A stretch of DNA of 63,208 nucleotides, filler included, from Welwitschia mirabilis (Eukaryota), in NCBI GenBank assembly GCA_051453625.1. It is 5 parts of one record of this genome, joined end to end, with 100 filler letters (N's around TTAATTAATTAA, not from the genome) between each part and the next. Parts side by side here need not be neighbours in the genome. Positions count along the whole stretch, not along the records: positions 51,571 to 60,872 come from JBOZIK010000001.1; positions 60,973 to 63,208 come from JBOZIK010000001.1; 3 more parts are not named here. One strand, given 5' to 3'. The notes below the pieces were generated by a model, which did not search any database, was not told the origin of the DNA, and was given only the letters and a program-made list of their open reading frames with translations. Every line of letters begins with the position of its first letter. Positions within the stretch are counted from its first letter, which is position 1. Made by a program: the position numbers and the translations under genes. Below are positions 51,750 to 63,208 of the stretch, piece by piece.

Positions 51750-54241
51750 TACTGTCCTAAGTCAAAACAATTAATTGCTTTTGAATTAGATTCATACCCT
51801 AAAAAGATGTAGACTCAGGCCTTGTCATCTAAATTTTCACAATGTTGATTAGGTACCTTCACATATCAAAGTAAGCTTAAGATCCTTAAATGAGAAATAT
51901 TTGGCTTGCTTTCATATTGTAATTGATATGGGGTTATGTCGTCTAGACTTTTGGAAGGTACATAATTTAAAATATAGATGGCGGTAGCACATGCTTCACT
52001 CAAAAATACATTATCTAATCTACTTTGATGTAGAAGACATTTTGTTGTATTCATGATTATTTAATTTTTCCTTTTTACTATGTCATTTTGTTGTAGTGTA
52101 TATGCTGTAGTAGTTTGATGAATAATACCACTGTTTTTATAAAATTGTTCAAAGGGATTTAAGGTAAATTCTCTTCCTCTATTACTTCAAATTTTCTTTC
52201 AAGTATTTTCCTTTAATGTTTCCATCATATTCTTAAATACTTTGAAGTAATCTAAAGTCTGTTCTTTAATTTGAAAGAAAATAACCCCAATACATTCTAG
52301 GATAATCATCAATTATTACATACAAGTATTAGCTTTTTCTAAGATCCATTGTTTGCATTACTCCACATAGATTCATATGCATAAGATCCAAATAATTTTT
52401 AGATCTAATTCTAGGATTTGGAAATGATAATCTCTTTGTCTTTCCTATAATACAAATTTGATAATTTATTAAACCAAGAAGAGAAAATTTAGTTATACCT
52501 CAAACAAGTTCCATACTTTACATTGTATTCATAGATTTAAAATTAACATCTCCTACTCTAAGGTGTTAAAGCTATGAATCTAATTTCATTACAATTAAAT
52601 AGTCGATACCCTTTTGCATCTACAACACATACATCCTATTTTAGCTCATAGGGATTAATTTGATTTCTTCATCATCATACTCAATAATTTTGTAAAAGTC
52701 ATTGATATATTTTACTCTGTAATCTTTAGAACAAAGTTGGTTAATACTTAATAGATTCTTCTCTAAATCAAGAACAAAATAAATATCATAAATGGTATAT
52801 GATCTACCTATATTTGTAGAAATATCTACTAATATAATTCCTATAATGATCATCTTTATGTGTGTAACAATAGTTACTTTTTCTTGATGTTTACAAAGAT
52901 CAGTTAGTAGGGATCTGTTGCTAGTTATATGATGATTACAGCTACTATCCACATACTAGACACTGTATGAGGTTTTTGAAAGTTGATCATTTGATGTTAG
53001 AAAGGAACTTTAATCTTTAGTCTCCTCAATTAAAAAGAGTTCTTTATGATTTTCTTTTTCTTCTTTAGTATAATGCACAACTCGTTTGTTCTTATGTATT
53101 TTCTTTATCTAATAATTTCATTTAGTATGATTCTCTCTTTTGAAATAATTACATCATTTGCTAGATCTGGTTGAATCTCATCTAGATTTAACATGTCCTT
53201 ACCCTTGTCCTTTTTCAGGGTGATATTGACCACCGTGATTTCTATTCCTTCAACCATGATTTTCACAACCACATCCTTGATTCATTGATTATTGTTGATG
53301 TGAATTTTGGCATGATAATTTCATAATGCTTTTCTGGATCTAAAAAGTATTTGTTACATGTTCTTCATACAACTAATTTCTTTACTCAAAGGTTTTGAAA
53401 CTGCCAATGAGCTTGACCATTATTAACTACCTAATGTATTTACTTTCTTCTATCACATAAATGATAAGATCATAGTGCCTCTTGACTATTTGGAGAATCC
53501 TTTACATGATACTTAACTCCTTAATGTTTTTTCCATGAGTTTGTAGCACATTCATAAAGTTTAAAGGCAAATAATCTAATGCTAAGAGATTTAGAGTCTT
53601 TTGTGATAAAAGCCTCATATTCTCTAGCGAGAATTTGTAATCTTAACTTTCTTACTTGATCCAATCCTTTGTACTCAGTCTAAAGAACCTCCCAAGCTTC
53701 TTTTGTTGATGTGTGATTTAAAATATTTGGAAAGATTGTATCACTAACACTCATTTAAAGTATGAAAAATGCTTTAACATTCTTGTATTACATAGATGTA
53801 AGAGTTGTTGGATCTGTAATATGATCAATTCTAATAGATACCAAATCCCAGAGATTTTGGACCATCAAAAAAATCCTCCTCTTGATTATCTAATAATTAT
53901 TCTCCTTTAAATAAAGAAGTAATCATAGATACAAAAGTGCTAGGATTGCTTTCATGTGTCATATTTAACTATTAAAGATTCAACAAAATAACCTAGGCTT
54001 TAATACCAAATGAGAAAATCAATGAACTTGTGAAATCAAAACTATATGCAGAAAACTTATTTTATAAATATTAGGTTTTAAAATCAAGCCTCATTAAATA
54101 CAAATGAGTACAACCAAAAATGAAAGAGAGTGAATCAAGGGATTCCTCTAAGAAAATCTCTCAAGAAGTTAAGAAAACAAAGAAAATAAAATCATAATAT
54201 ATTTGTAGCATAAAATAGAATGTTGACATTACATCCTATAA
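51750..54241 (-). mobile_element. Copia LTR-B (54011-54241), PBS, gag, protease and truncated integrase, copy 2
   Basis: Collinear with 43950-46496; PBS gctttaatacca (53997-54008); VDSSCNHHIT; EACATAIYILN..KPNISHLRI. Confidence 0.85.
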
Positions 54242-54249
54242 GTTATGTA

Positions 54250-57200
54250 AGATTATCATAGGGATAAATACAATCTTTCACCTTTTATATTTTTTATCCC
54301 TTAAAAGCTTTAGGCTTAACAATGGAATTGTATTTATCTAACTAAGATCTATTTTTTCTTTCCTCCTACTAACTAAACTTCTCATCTCGTCTATTATTTT
54401 TTTAATGATCTAATATGTATACATAATAATTACAATGATGTAGAAATGCTAGTATGCACTTAACTTTACTAGACAAGTATCAGTTACACTAACTGATGTA
54501 TTAGTTTTATCTTTTTAAGTTGAGAAATCCATATCGTAATTCTTCCCTATCTATGTATTAGAACACGGAAATAAACATCCTATAATTACCTCTCATTAAT
54601 TTCTAGCATACTAATGATACCAGATGTCCTTTTAGAAAACTTTTACATAAAATTAAATTTGAATTTATTCTAATTAACTTTAAGATATATAAATTTGTTA
54701 AACTATTTTTAACTAATTTAATGCGTAAAGCTTGTTGGAAGTTAGCTTGAGTTACAATCATGGTATTATCATTCGAGTGATTACTGACGAATATTTCCCA
54801 TCTAATTTTTAGTCCTTTAACTCCATTTTGCCTAATAATATTATGTAGAATGTTCATAATTATAATGAATAAGCAAGGTGATAACATGTCCCTTGCCTTA
54901 TTCTTCTTTCAGCATAGAAAATACCTAATATTTATCTATTCTAATCTAATTAGAACACAGTAAAATTTTTCATATCGAAGGATGTTTAACAAAATGATTC
55001 ATGAAAAATTTTTATCTTAAAATTATACCTAAATCTAACCAACTAATCAATTATAATCTTTAGCAATATCAAACTTAAGAAACATAGTAGGAAATTTTGT
55101 CTTTTTATAAGAATGTAATAATTAATAGGTCAACAAGAGTTAATGCTAAATGCATATTACATTATGAATCATGATTAGAAATAAGTAATGATCTTCAAAA
55201 GAAGAGAAGTGATACAACCATCCAAAACTTTTGTAAATAGCTTGTAAATAACATTTCATATTCTAATTGCTCTGAAATCCTCTCGGTGATCTACTTCTGC
55301 TTTCTTAGTGATAAGTATCACTTTGGTATAGTTTAACTTCTTTTAGATTTATTCTCTTTAAATTCTGATAGATGGCATCCACTACATTATCATTAATAAC
55401 AAAACCTTAAGGCTTAAAAAATTTGATTTGATAGACACTTGGTTTAAGAACCTTATTGCTCTTTACCAATCTATAAGCGTAAAAAATTTCATACTTATCC
55501 ACTAGTTTCTTTATCTCATAATTATCTAGTTTAGCAATTTATTTGGTTTTGTCTTTTAAATGAAGGGAAATATTATCTCTACTTTAGATTTTCTTAAAAT
55601 GATCTACCAAAGCTTTGTTTATGTTCTATTCCTTATAAAGAATTTTATTATGATATTTAAGTCTATAAATTTTATTCATGTTATAATGATGACACTATCT
55701 TGAAGAATAGCCTAGTATTTTTGTACCCTGCTATGAGCCACTAAGTTTTATACCTTTACCTATAATATAGCTCTATATCATATTGAATCTGCTGGATTTA
55801 ATTTAATAAGTTATATTTATCCTTTACAAGGTCTTTCCCCAAGTTCTCTTACCTAGGTTGAATTTGTTGTAGCTTCTATTTCAACTATTTCCTTTCCTAA
55901 ACATTATACTTATCTTTCTTGTGAAGTATTATAAATTAAGATTTTAAAATCCTTATAGGAGAAATTTAATTAGATACATCTATAGAAATTAATACTTCTA
56001 TAAATATCTCTGACTATAATATCTACTTCCTCCTTTTCAATCTAGTATCTCTTAAACAAAAATGAAGTCTTTTTAAAGAAGAAGGGTTTTCCAACTATGT
56101 AATAATTTGTCTATGATCAAAATCCATTTTATTTAGAGCCCAACAAAGGTAATTACATTTGTAGGTAGTATTTTTTTACTATTAGAACATAGTTGATTCT
56201 AGTTTAGATGTCCCAAATTCTTATCAAGCTAGGTGTATTTGTAGTTTTGCATCTCTATGTTAGCATGTTCATTGTTGTCATTAAAATCTTGGAGTATTTT
56301 CATCCCATAATATTCCATCCTGATTTAACCTTATTCTTCCATCTAAAACAACATTGATTAAAGTTAACAAAGATTATACATTGAGATTTATCAATAATCC
56401 TTTTGTGCATGTTATCATATTATCCCTTCTTATTCAGATGATTCTAAGATTCATAAAAATTAGTTAGGTACCATCACGATTATTCTAACTTAATAGTAAG
56501 GAATCAATTATAATTATTAATAATTTTTATTTTTTTTCTTATCTCAAATAACTAGGATTCTTGCTCTTCTTGTCTTGGGATAATAACTTTATTGCAAGTC
56601 CACCACCTCTCTATATGATTTTCATTCATGTATATTGTAGTTTCTTAAAGACAAGTTACATCTATATTATTTCATTTTATAAAACATTTTAGGGTACTTC
56701 TTTTATAGAGAAAACCCAATTTTAAGATAAAACCCTCATTGGGGATGTTTTGTTTCCTTTTTAAAACCTCTATAGTTAATAGAAACTTTTAGTATTAGTA
56801 TATTATAGCTACCTTATTCTTATAAAGTCTTATATTAGTATGTCTAACCCCTAGATTATTACTCTTAATCTTTTCTAGAGTTAGGAATAGGCTCTTGATC
56901 TTATGATGCTAGATTTTTCTACTAAAGAAGTAAAAACAAATTTTCATTCTCTTTTTCTTCCTATGTAAGGGGCTTTTTACTTAGAAAAAACAACTATTCC
57001 TTCTCTAGATGGAGGATCTCTTTTTCTGATCCCAATAGTCCACTCTATTGTGTGGAGACTTCTCAAAAACATTACATGAAAAGTCTTTTTTCTTCAGACT
57101 AGCCATTTTACTTGTACATTCTTGAAGCTTAAAACCCATTATTCCATAATAAGAACATGTTGAAGCTTTTATGCTACACATTATTACATAGTATCTATCA

Positions 57201-58000
57201 TTTTACACACTTTTAGCATGAAGTAGGAAGATTCTCATACTTAACCCGAAGATTATATTATTCATAATAGACTAAAATTTTATAGTTTAGATGTTCATAG
57301 TGTTTTCTAATTTTATTTAGACATAGAAATGTGTTAACACTCTCTCATTTGTTTTATTATTATTCTATTTAAGGGGATGAGTTTTTTGAAATGCTAAAGT
57401 AGGATACCCATAAAATTTTCATTCTAGAACTCTGAGAGAACCATTGGGATTCCAATCCCTATAAGTAGTAGTTTAAATACTTTACAGTCTAATTAGGCCC
57501 TAGGACAACATTTTCCTAAGGCTACATTACGAAAGTCAAAAACCTATGGGCCTTTGATTAGAATCTCATCTCTATATTCTTTTGAGTTAAAATGAAATAA
57601 AATATGTATTCCTCGATAATTAACATGATTAGAGCCTAAGTATTAGACATCCATCTCATAGTAATCCATTTTCTAACCTAGTCAATCTAGCTCTAGCACT
57701 AAGAAAACAAATCTTCCTAATAAACTAACCTAGTCAATCTAGCTCTAGCACTAAGAAAACAAATCTTCCTAATAAACTATGTCTAAACTTAGCTTCAATA
57801 GTGTTACATGCTTCATCTAAAATCTAAAAAATAATGGTTGTAAACTATCATAAAATTTTAGAGGATCCCATAATAAAACCCTCTAAATAAAGAATGGGAG
57901 GTGTATTGGGTTTTGTATTTGATGGTAATTGGAGGACTATTAGCATACTTACTAATAATATCAACAAATCCATCACCATGTAAATATGACTAAAGGAATG
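54250..58000 (-). mobile_element. Degenerate L1 LINE: ORF1 (DUF4283-like), endonuclease and RT
   Basis: FHFNSKEYRDEILIKGP*VFD (~57600-57535) for ORF1; RQGDMLSPCLFIIIM (~54900-54855) for RT. Confidence 0.75.
57673..57779. repeat. Perfect 52-bp tandem duplication
   Basis: ctaacctagtcaatctagctctagcactaagaaaacaaatcttcctaataaa repeated exactly. Confidence 0.92.
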
Positions 58001-58489
58001 TGAGGTGGGTATTTAAAGGTAGATACACCTTGATACATGACATATTAATTCTCTCATTCCATTACTCTTGCTTCAACTTTCACATTCTATACTATGATAT
58101 TATTCAAACATAGAACAACATATATTTAGGACTCTAGACCATTACATCCATTTTAGCTAGCCCATTCTATCCTATGATTTTGTCCAAAATTAGAATAATC
58201 TACATTTAGAACTCTAACCAATACATAAAAGATTGTAGAAAAGTAATTATGTATTAGTAATTACCCATAATTTTTAATTTTTAATCCTCTACTTAGCAGA
58301 TCCTTAATTCCTCCATTTTTGAAGCAAATATTGTACCACTCTCTAAGCTTTAATCTTTAAATCTAGGCTACTAACAATCTAGAAACTTATTTTTGTTTTC
58401 TTTTTTCTGTTCTTTTCTTTTCTTTTCTTTTTTTTTATTTTATACCTTAAAGGTTTTATCTAAGGTAATTCCATGTTTCTTCTTTTTTG

Positions 58490-60500
58490 TGAATTTTTAA
58501 TTTTCATTTGCTTTTAATTTAGATCATAAAAAACATAGGATTACACGTTTAGAAATAACATATTGGTTTAGTGCCATAGGCTTTTATATGTTACGTGTTT
58601 CTTATTCACGTAACTGCAAGAAAGACATGGCCAACTTATCAAAGGATGAAAAGTTTGATCTTGCTTGAGAAGGAAATTCGTATGTAATTCCTTCATCTAA
58701 TAATGGTGGTGAATGCATAAATGGATTTGAAAACTCTTGTAAAGATAATAACATATAAAGATAAAAAATCATCCTTGAAACTTCTAAGTGAAATGGAATT
58801 GCAGAACCCTTTAATAGAACATTGATGAAACACATCAGATGCATGCTTATCAAAGCTTATTTTAATAAGTGTTTATGGGATGAAGTTATAGTCAATGTAT
58901 GTTACTTTATCAATAAATTTCCTTTATTAATATGTAATAAAAGATTCCAAAAGAAATTTATAGTTGTAAATCAATCAGTTTAACTTATCTAAAACTTTTT
59001 GGTTGTGAAGCATTTTGTACATGTTCCAAAGACTAATAGATCAAAATTAGACTTTAACTTTATCAAGTGTATTTTTCTTAGTTATGATTATGCTCTTAAA
59101 GATTATATAACCTAGAAACTAAAATTTTTATCTATAGTCGAGATGTTGTATTTAGGAAAAAAATGTGGATCTATGAAAAAGGAATGTTTAAATTATATAA
59201 CTTTTGAATATGTAGGAATTAATGTTAATAAAAACTTTCTCTAGGTTTTCCTTTTCTCACCCAAGGACATTGTCCTAAGCAAATAGAATGATGATAGTAA
59301 AAATTTTGAAGGAGGAATCTAGTGAAGAGGGAAAAAATAATTTAAGTAAGGATGTAGCTTTAAGTAAACAAAATGAAATTCAATCACAAAGATGATCAAC
59401 ACATTTAAGAAAATTATGTTCACATCTAGAAGGATTTATGTTGTTTATTGAAAATGCTGAATCATTAACATACAATAAAGTGTATTCACCTATGCATAAA
59501 ATGCAATGACAATAAGCAATGAATGCCAAAATGTTATCTATAAAAATAGAATGTGGAAATTGATTGGTCTTCCTTAAGAAATCAATTGGATGAAAATGGG
59601 TGTATAAACTAAAATCTAAAGATTAATACAAATCTCTTATTATGGATAAAGGATATTCTTAAGAAAAGAAAATTAATTATGATGAGATTTTTTTCCTCTG
59701 GTTTTTAAGTTAACATCCATAAGATCATCATTTCCAATCATAGCTATTTGTATCCTTGAACTTAAATAAATGATTATTAACATAGCATTCCTCAATAGTG
59801 ATCTTAAAAAAGAAATAAAAACTTTGATAATATAAAAGAATAAGAGAATATGGCATTCTAATTATTGAAATCATTACATTTACTCAAACAAGCATCAAGT
59901 AATTTGAATGAAAATTTTAATAGACACATGTTAAATCTTAGCTTTATTAGAAGTTAATACAAATGGAAAATATATTATTACGCTACTCTATCTCAATGAA
60001 ATATTAATAGTAAGAAATAACATACATAAAGCTTTGGATATAAACTTTTAGCTATCTTCTAAATTTGAGATTAAGGTAGAGATTTTAAGCATGGAGATAA
60101 AAAACGATAGTGCTAATACAAAAATTTGACTAGGATAATTTGCATGTGTTGAAAATATCTTAAACAAATTTAATATGCAAAACTAGAAGCTTTTTTATAG
60201 ATAAATTAAGATAAAGAGATTATGGTAGAAATTCTATAAGCTAGTGCTATTGGTAGTCTGATGTATTCAATGATCTCTACTAAAGCTAATATTGCCTGCA
60301 TTATTGGAAATTTTGATAGGTATATGCCAAATCTAAGAAAACACTAGATTATAATAAAAAAGCTCTTCTAATTTTTATATGGTATTATGAACTATGGGAT
60401 CTATTACCAAAATGATTTCATAAGGATTCATAACTTTGTGAATGTAGTTGTAGTGGTGACGTTGACATTAAGAAATCCATTAAGTGGATATCTCTTTTTT
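58490..60500 (+). mobile_element. Highly degenerate Ty1/copia integrase-RT remnant
   Basis: SNNGGEC, NGIAEPFNRTLMKHIRCML, KCIFLSY, KWVYKLK, SAIGSLMYSM. Confidence 0.8.
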
Positions 60501-60605
60501 TTTTTCCCCAAATCGGTAAATAAAAGTATGTTACAACCAAAAGAACTCAATAAAATGTACTCTAGGTATTCCTAGAGAATAAATTCATAAAATTCTCTAT
60601 AGCAG

Positions 60606-60872
60606 TGTAATACCCTATTTCAATTACCCTAATTAATCATATTTGTTTTTTTAGCTTTATTAATTAACATGCATAACGGAACCTAGGATCAAATCCTATT
60701 TAGACTCTATTAATACATTATAATATTTAAAATAATTAAAAAACATAATTATTACTTAATTTTAAACCCTTTTGGTTTGCATACAATAACAATGTCAAGT
60801 TGTGTCCTATATTTATTTCTAAATTTTTCTTCGCCCCAAAGAATATCTTATATAAAGTTAATGGGAATTTAA
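60606..60872. repeat. Tekay/Del-like LTR start interrupting the copia remnant
   Basis: TGTAATACCC terminus; runs into a gap. Confidence 0.4.
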
Positions 60873-60972
60873 NNNNNNNNNNNNNNNNNNNNNNNNNNNN
60901 NNNNNNNNNNNNNNNNTTAATTAATTAANNNNNNNNNNNNNNNNNNNNNNNNNNNNNNNNNNNNNNNNNNNN

Positions 60973-63208
60973 CCATGAGTTTTCTAAATTTTGCAAGCAG
61001 GCTAGAATTGTACGTACCAAAACATCAACAAGAACACCACAAAATGACGGTGTTGCAAAAAGATATAATTGTACAATTCTTGAGAATTAGATCCATGTTT
61101 GCTCAATCTAGTGTACCTAAAATAATGGTGTTGCAGAAAGATATAATCGTATAGTTCTTGACAGAATTAGATCCATGTAAGCTCAATCTAGTGTACCTAA
61201 GATGTTTTGGGCAGAAGCTGCTAGAACAGCTACTTCTTTGATCAACCGTTCTCCTCATTCAACCTTAGATCGTGGTATTCAAAGATCTATCTAGAGTGGG
61301 AGTTCTTTTTCTTTGTCTCACCTACATTTTTTTGGATGTAAGGTGTATGTCCATTTGCAGGGTACAAGAAAACAGGAAGAACGTGGCAGGAAATGTGTTT
61401 TTTTGGCTATGGGGGAGATGACTTTGGATACAGGCTTTGGGATCCTATGGCACATAGAATTGTTAGATCACATGACATTGAATTCAAAGAAGACATGATG
61501 CTTTACAGGTCACAAGAGAGCATTCACAAAAAGGAAAGTTCTAATTCTGGCACCTGAACAGGTTGATGATGATGAAAGGTGTAATACACATAGGGAAAAT
61601 GACCAGCCTAAATGAAACCAGCCTGAAGAGGAAAGCTCAAGTTCTAAAACTATATCTAATTCTAATGATGATGGAACCCAAACTCCAACAGAATTGGATT
61701 CGTAGATCCACTAGAGTTACCAAGCAAATTGAAAGGTATTCTCCGTCTTTACATTATGTGTTGTGTACAGGTAAGGGAGAACCTGAATCCTTTGAAGAAG
61801 TTGTTTCTTCTTCTGAATCTCATAAATGAAAAGTTGCCATGGAAGAAGAAATGAAATCCCTCAAACAGAATCATACTTGGGATTTGGTTCCCTTACCTAA
61901 ATAGAAAAGACCGCTAAAATCTAGCTAGGTGTATGTTATCAAACAAGAGGCTAATGGTGAACAACGCTATGAAGCATAGTTGATGGTGAAAGGATATAGC
62001 CAAAAATTAGGTATTGATTTATAGAAATTTTTTCACCTCTTGTGAAACACACGTCTATTTGGATTTTGTTTGGCATGGTTGCTTGTTTGGATTTGGAGCT
62101 AGAGCAATTAGACATTAAAACAGCTTTTCTGCATGGTGATCTAGAAGAGGAAATTTATATGCATGTGCCAAAGGGTTTGGAAGTGGAAAATAGAAATCTG
62201 GTTTGCAGGTTGAGCAAGTCTCTTTATGGCTTGAAACAAGCACCTCGTCAATGGTACAAGAAGTTTGATGATTTTATGCTGAAACAAGGATACTCCAAAT
62301 GTGATTATGATCATTGTGTGTACCTTCACATGAATGCTTTAGGTATGATTGTCATTCCTATGTTATATGTTGATGATATGTTGGTTGCTAGAAATAACAT
62401 AAAAGAAATCAAAAGATTGATGCATGAAATGTCCAAGACCTCTGCCACTAAAGATCTTGGACCAGCAAAACAAATCCTTGAAATGAGGATTGTTATAGAT
62501 AGATCACGTCACATGTTGTGGTTGAGTCAATCTGAATATATTGGCAAAGTTTTAAAATGTTTTCACATGGTAGATCATAAACCTATTTGTACTCCTCTTG
62601 CTACACATTTCTAGTTAACTCATCAAGGTTGTCCTACTTCAGAGAAGGAGAAGACAAAAATGACATGTGTGCCTTATGCGTCAGCTGTAGGAAGTTTAAT
62701 GTATGCCACGGTCTGTAGTAAACCAGACATTGCTCAAGCAGTGGAAGTTGTTTCACGTTTCATGCGTAATCCTAGAAAAGAGCATCAGGAAGCTATAAAA
62801 TGGGTTATTCGTTACATAAAGGGTACCCAACATATGAGTTTGTATTTTGGCAATACTGATTTGCATATTACAGGGTATGTGGATGTTGATTATGCTGGTT
62901 GCAGGGATACCAGAAGGTCTACTACAAGGTACATATTTACTCTTGGTGGTGGAGGTGTTAGCTGGATGTCCCGTCTACAATCTGATGTTGCTATTTTCAC
63001 TATGGAAGCTGAGTATGTTGCCTTGATAGAAGTTGCTAAAGAGATGTTATGACTACGTGATTTTGTTGGCTGGTTAGGCCTTGGTCAAACCAAGTTTGTC
63101 TTGCACTGTGACAGTCAAAGTCCTATACATCTAGCGAAGAATCATGTTTATCATGCTAGAACTAAGCAAATTGATGTTAAATATCATTTCATCAGACACA
63201 AGATCGAG
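60973..63208 (+). mobile_element. Ty1/copia (Tnt1/Tork-like) integrase, RT and RNase H; moderately degenerate, truncated by the window end
   Basis: LEQLDIKTAFLHGDLEEEIYM, KSLYGLKQAPRQWY, LYVDDMLV, VPYASAVGSLMY, RTKQIDVKYHF; ~80-bp internal duplication in integrase (61042-61200). Confidence 0.95.

Noticed and set aside
31499-60972. Recurrent TTAATTAATTAA motif
   Set aside because: Always centred in a 100-bp N block; an artificial contig-join spacer, not biology.

Overview
Very AT-rich, gapped eukaryotic (land-plant-type) genomic scaffold made mostly of decayed retroelements. It holds about 8 Ty1/copia segments (one complete with LTRs, PBS, PPT and a 5-bp TSD), an Athila/Tat-like Ty3/gypsy 5' end, Tekay-like LTR pieces, several L1 LINEs and one RTE/RTEX-like LINE. 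The only clearly intact host coding sequence is the last three exons of an NSE4 (SMC5/6 kleisin) gene on the minus strand (28436-29182). Its upstream exons are not recognisable in the remaining 34 kb, suggesting a very large TE-filled intron. The most unusual structure is a 4.3-4.7 kb composite unit present twice (42177-46496 and 49577-54241). On the minus strand it reads LTR-B, PBS, copia gag/protease/truncated integrase, PPT, an unrelated LTR-A, a second PBS, then an antisense, internally deleted DUF1645-family host gene. Copy 2 also carries a TSD-flanked copia insertion with short inverted termini and oppositely oriented RT and protease pieces. All family assignments come from motif recognition by eye; no database searches were run, and element boundaries without TG..CA/TSD evidence are approximate.
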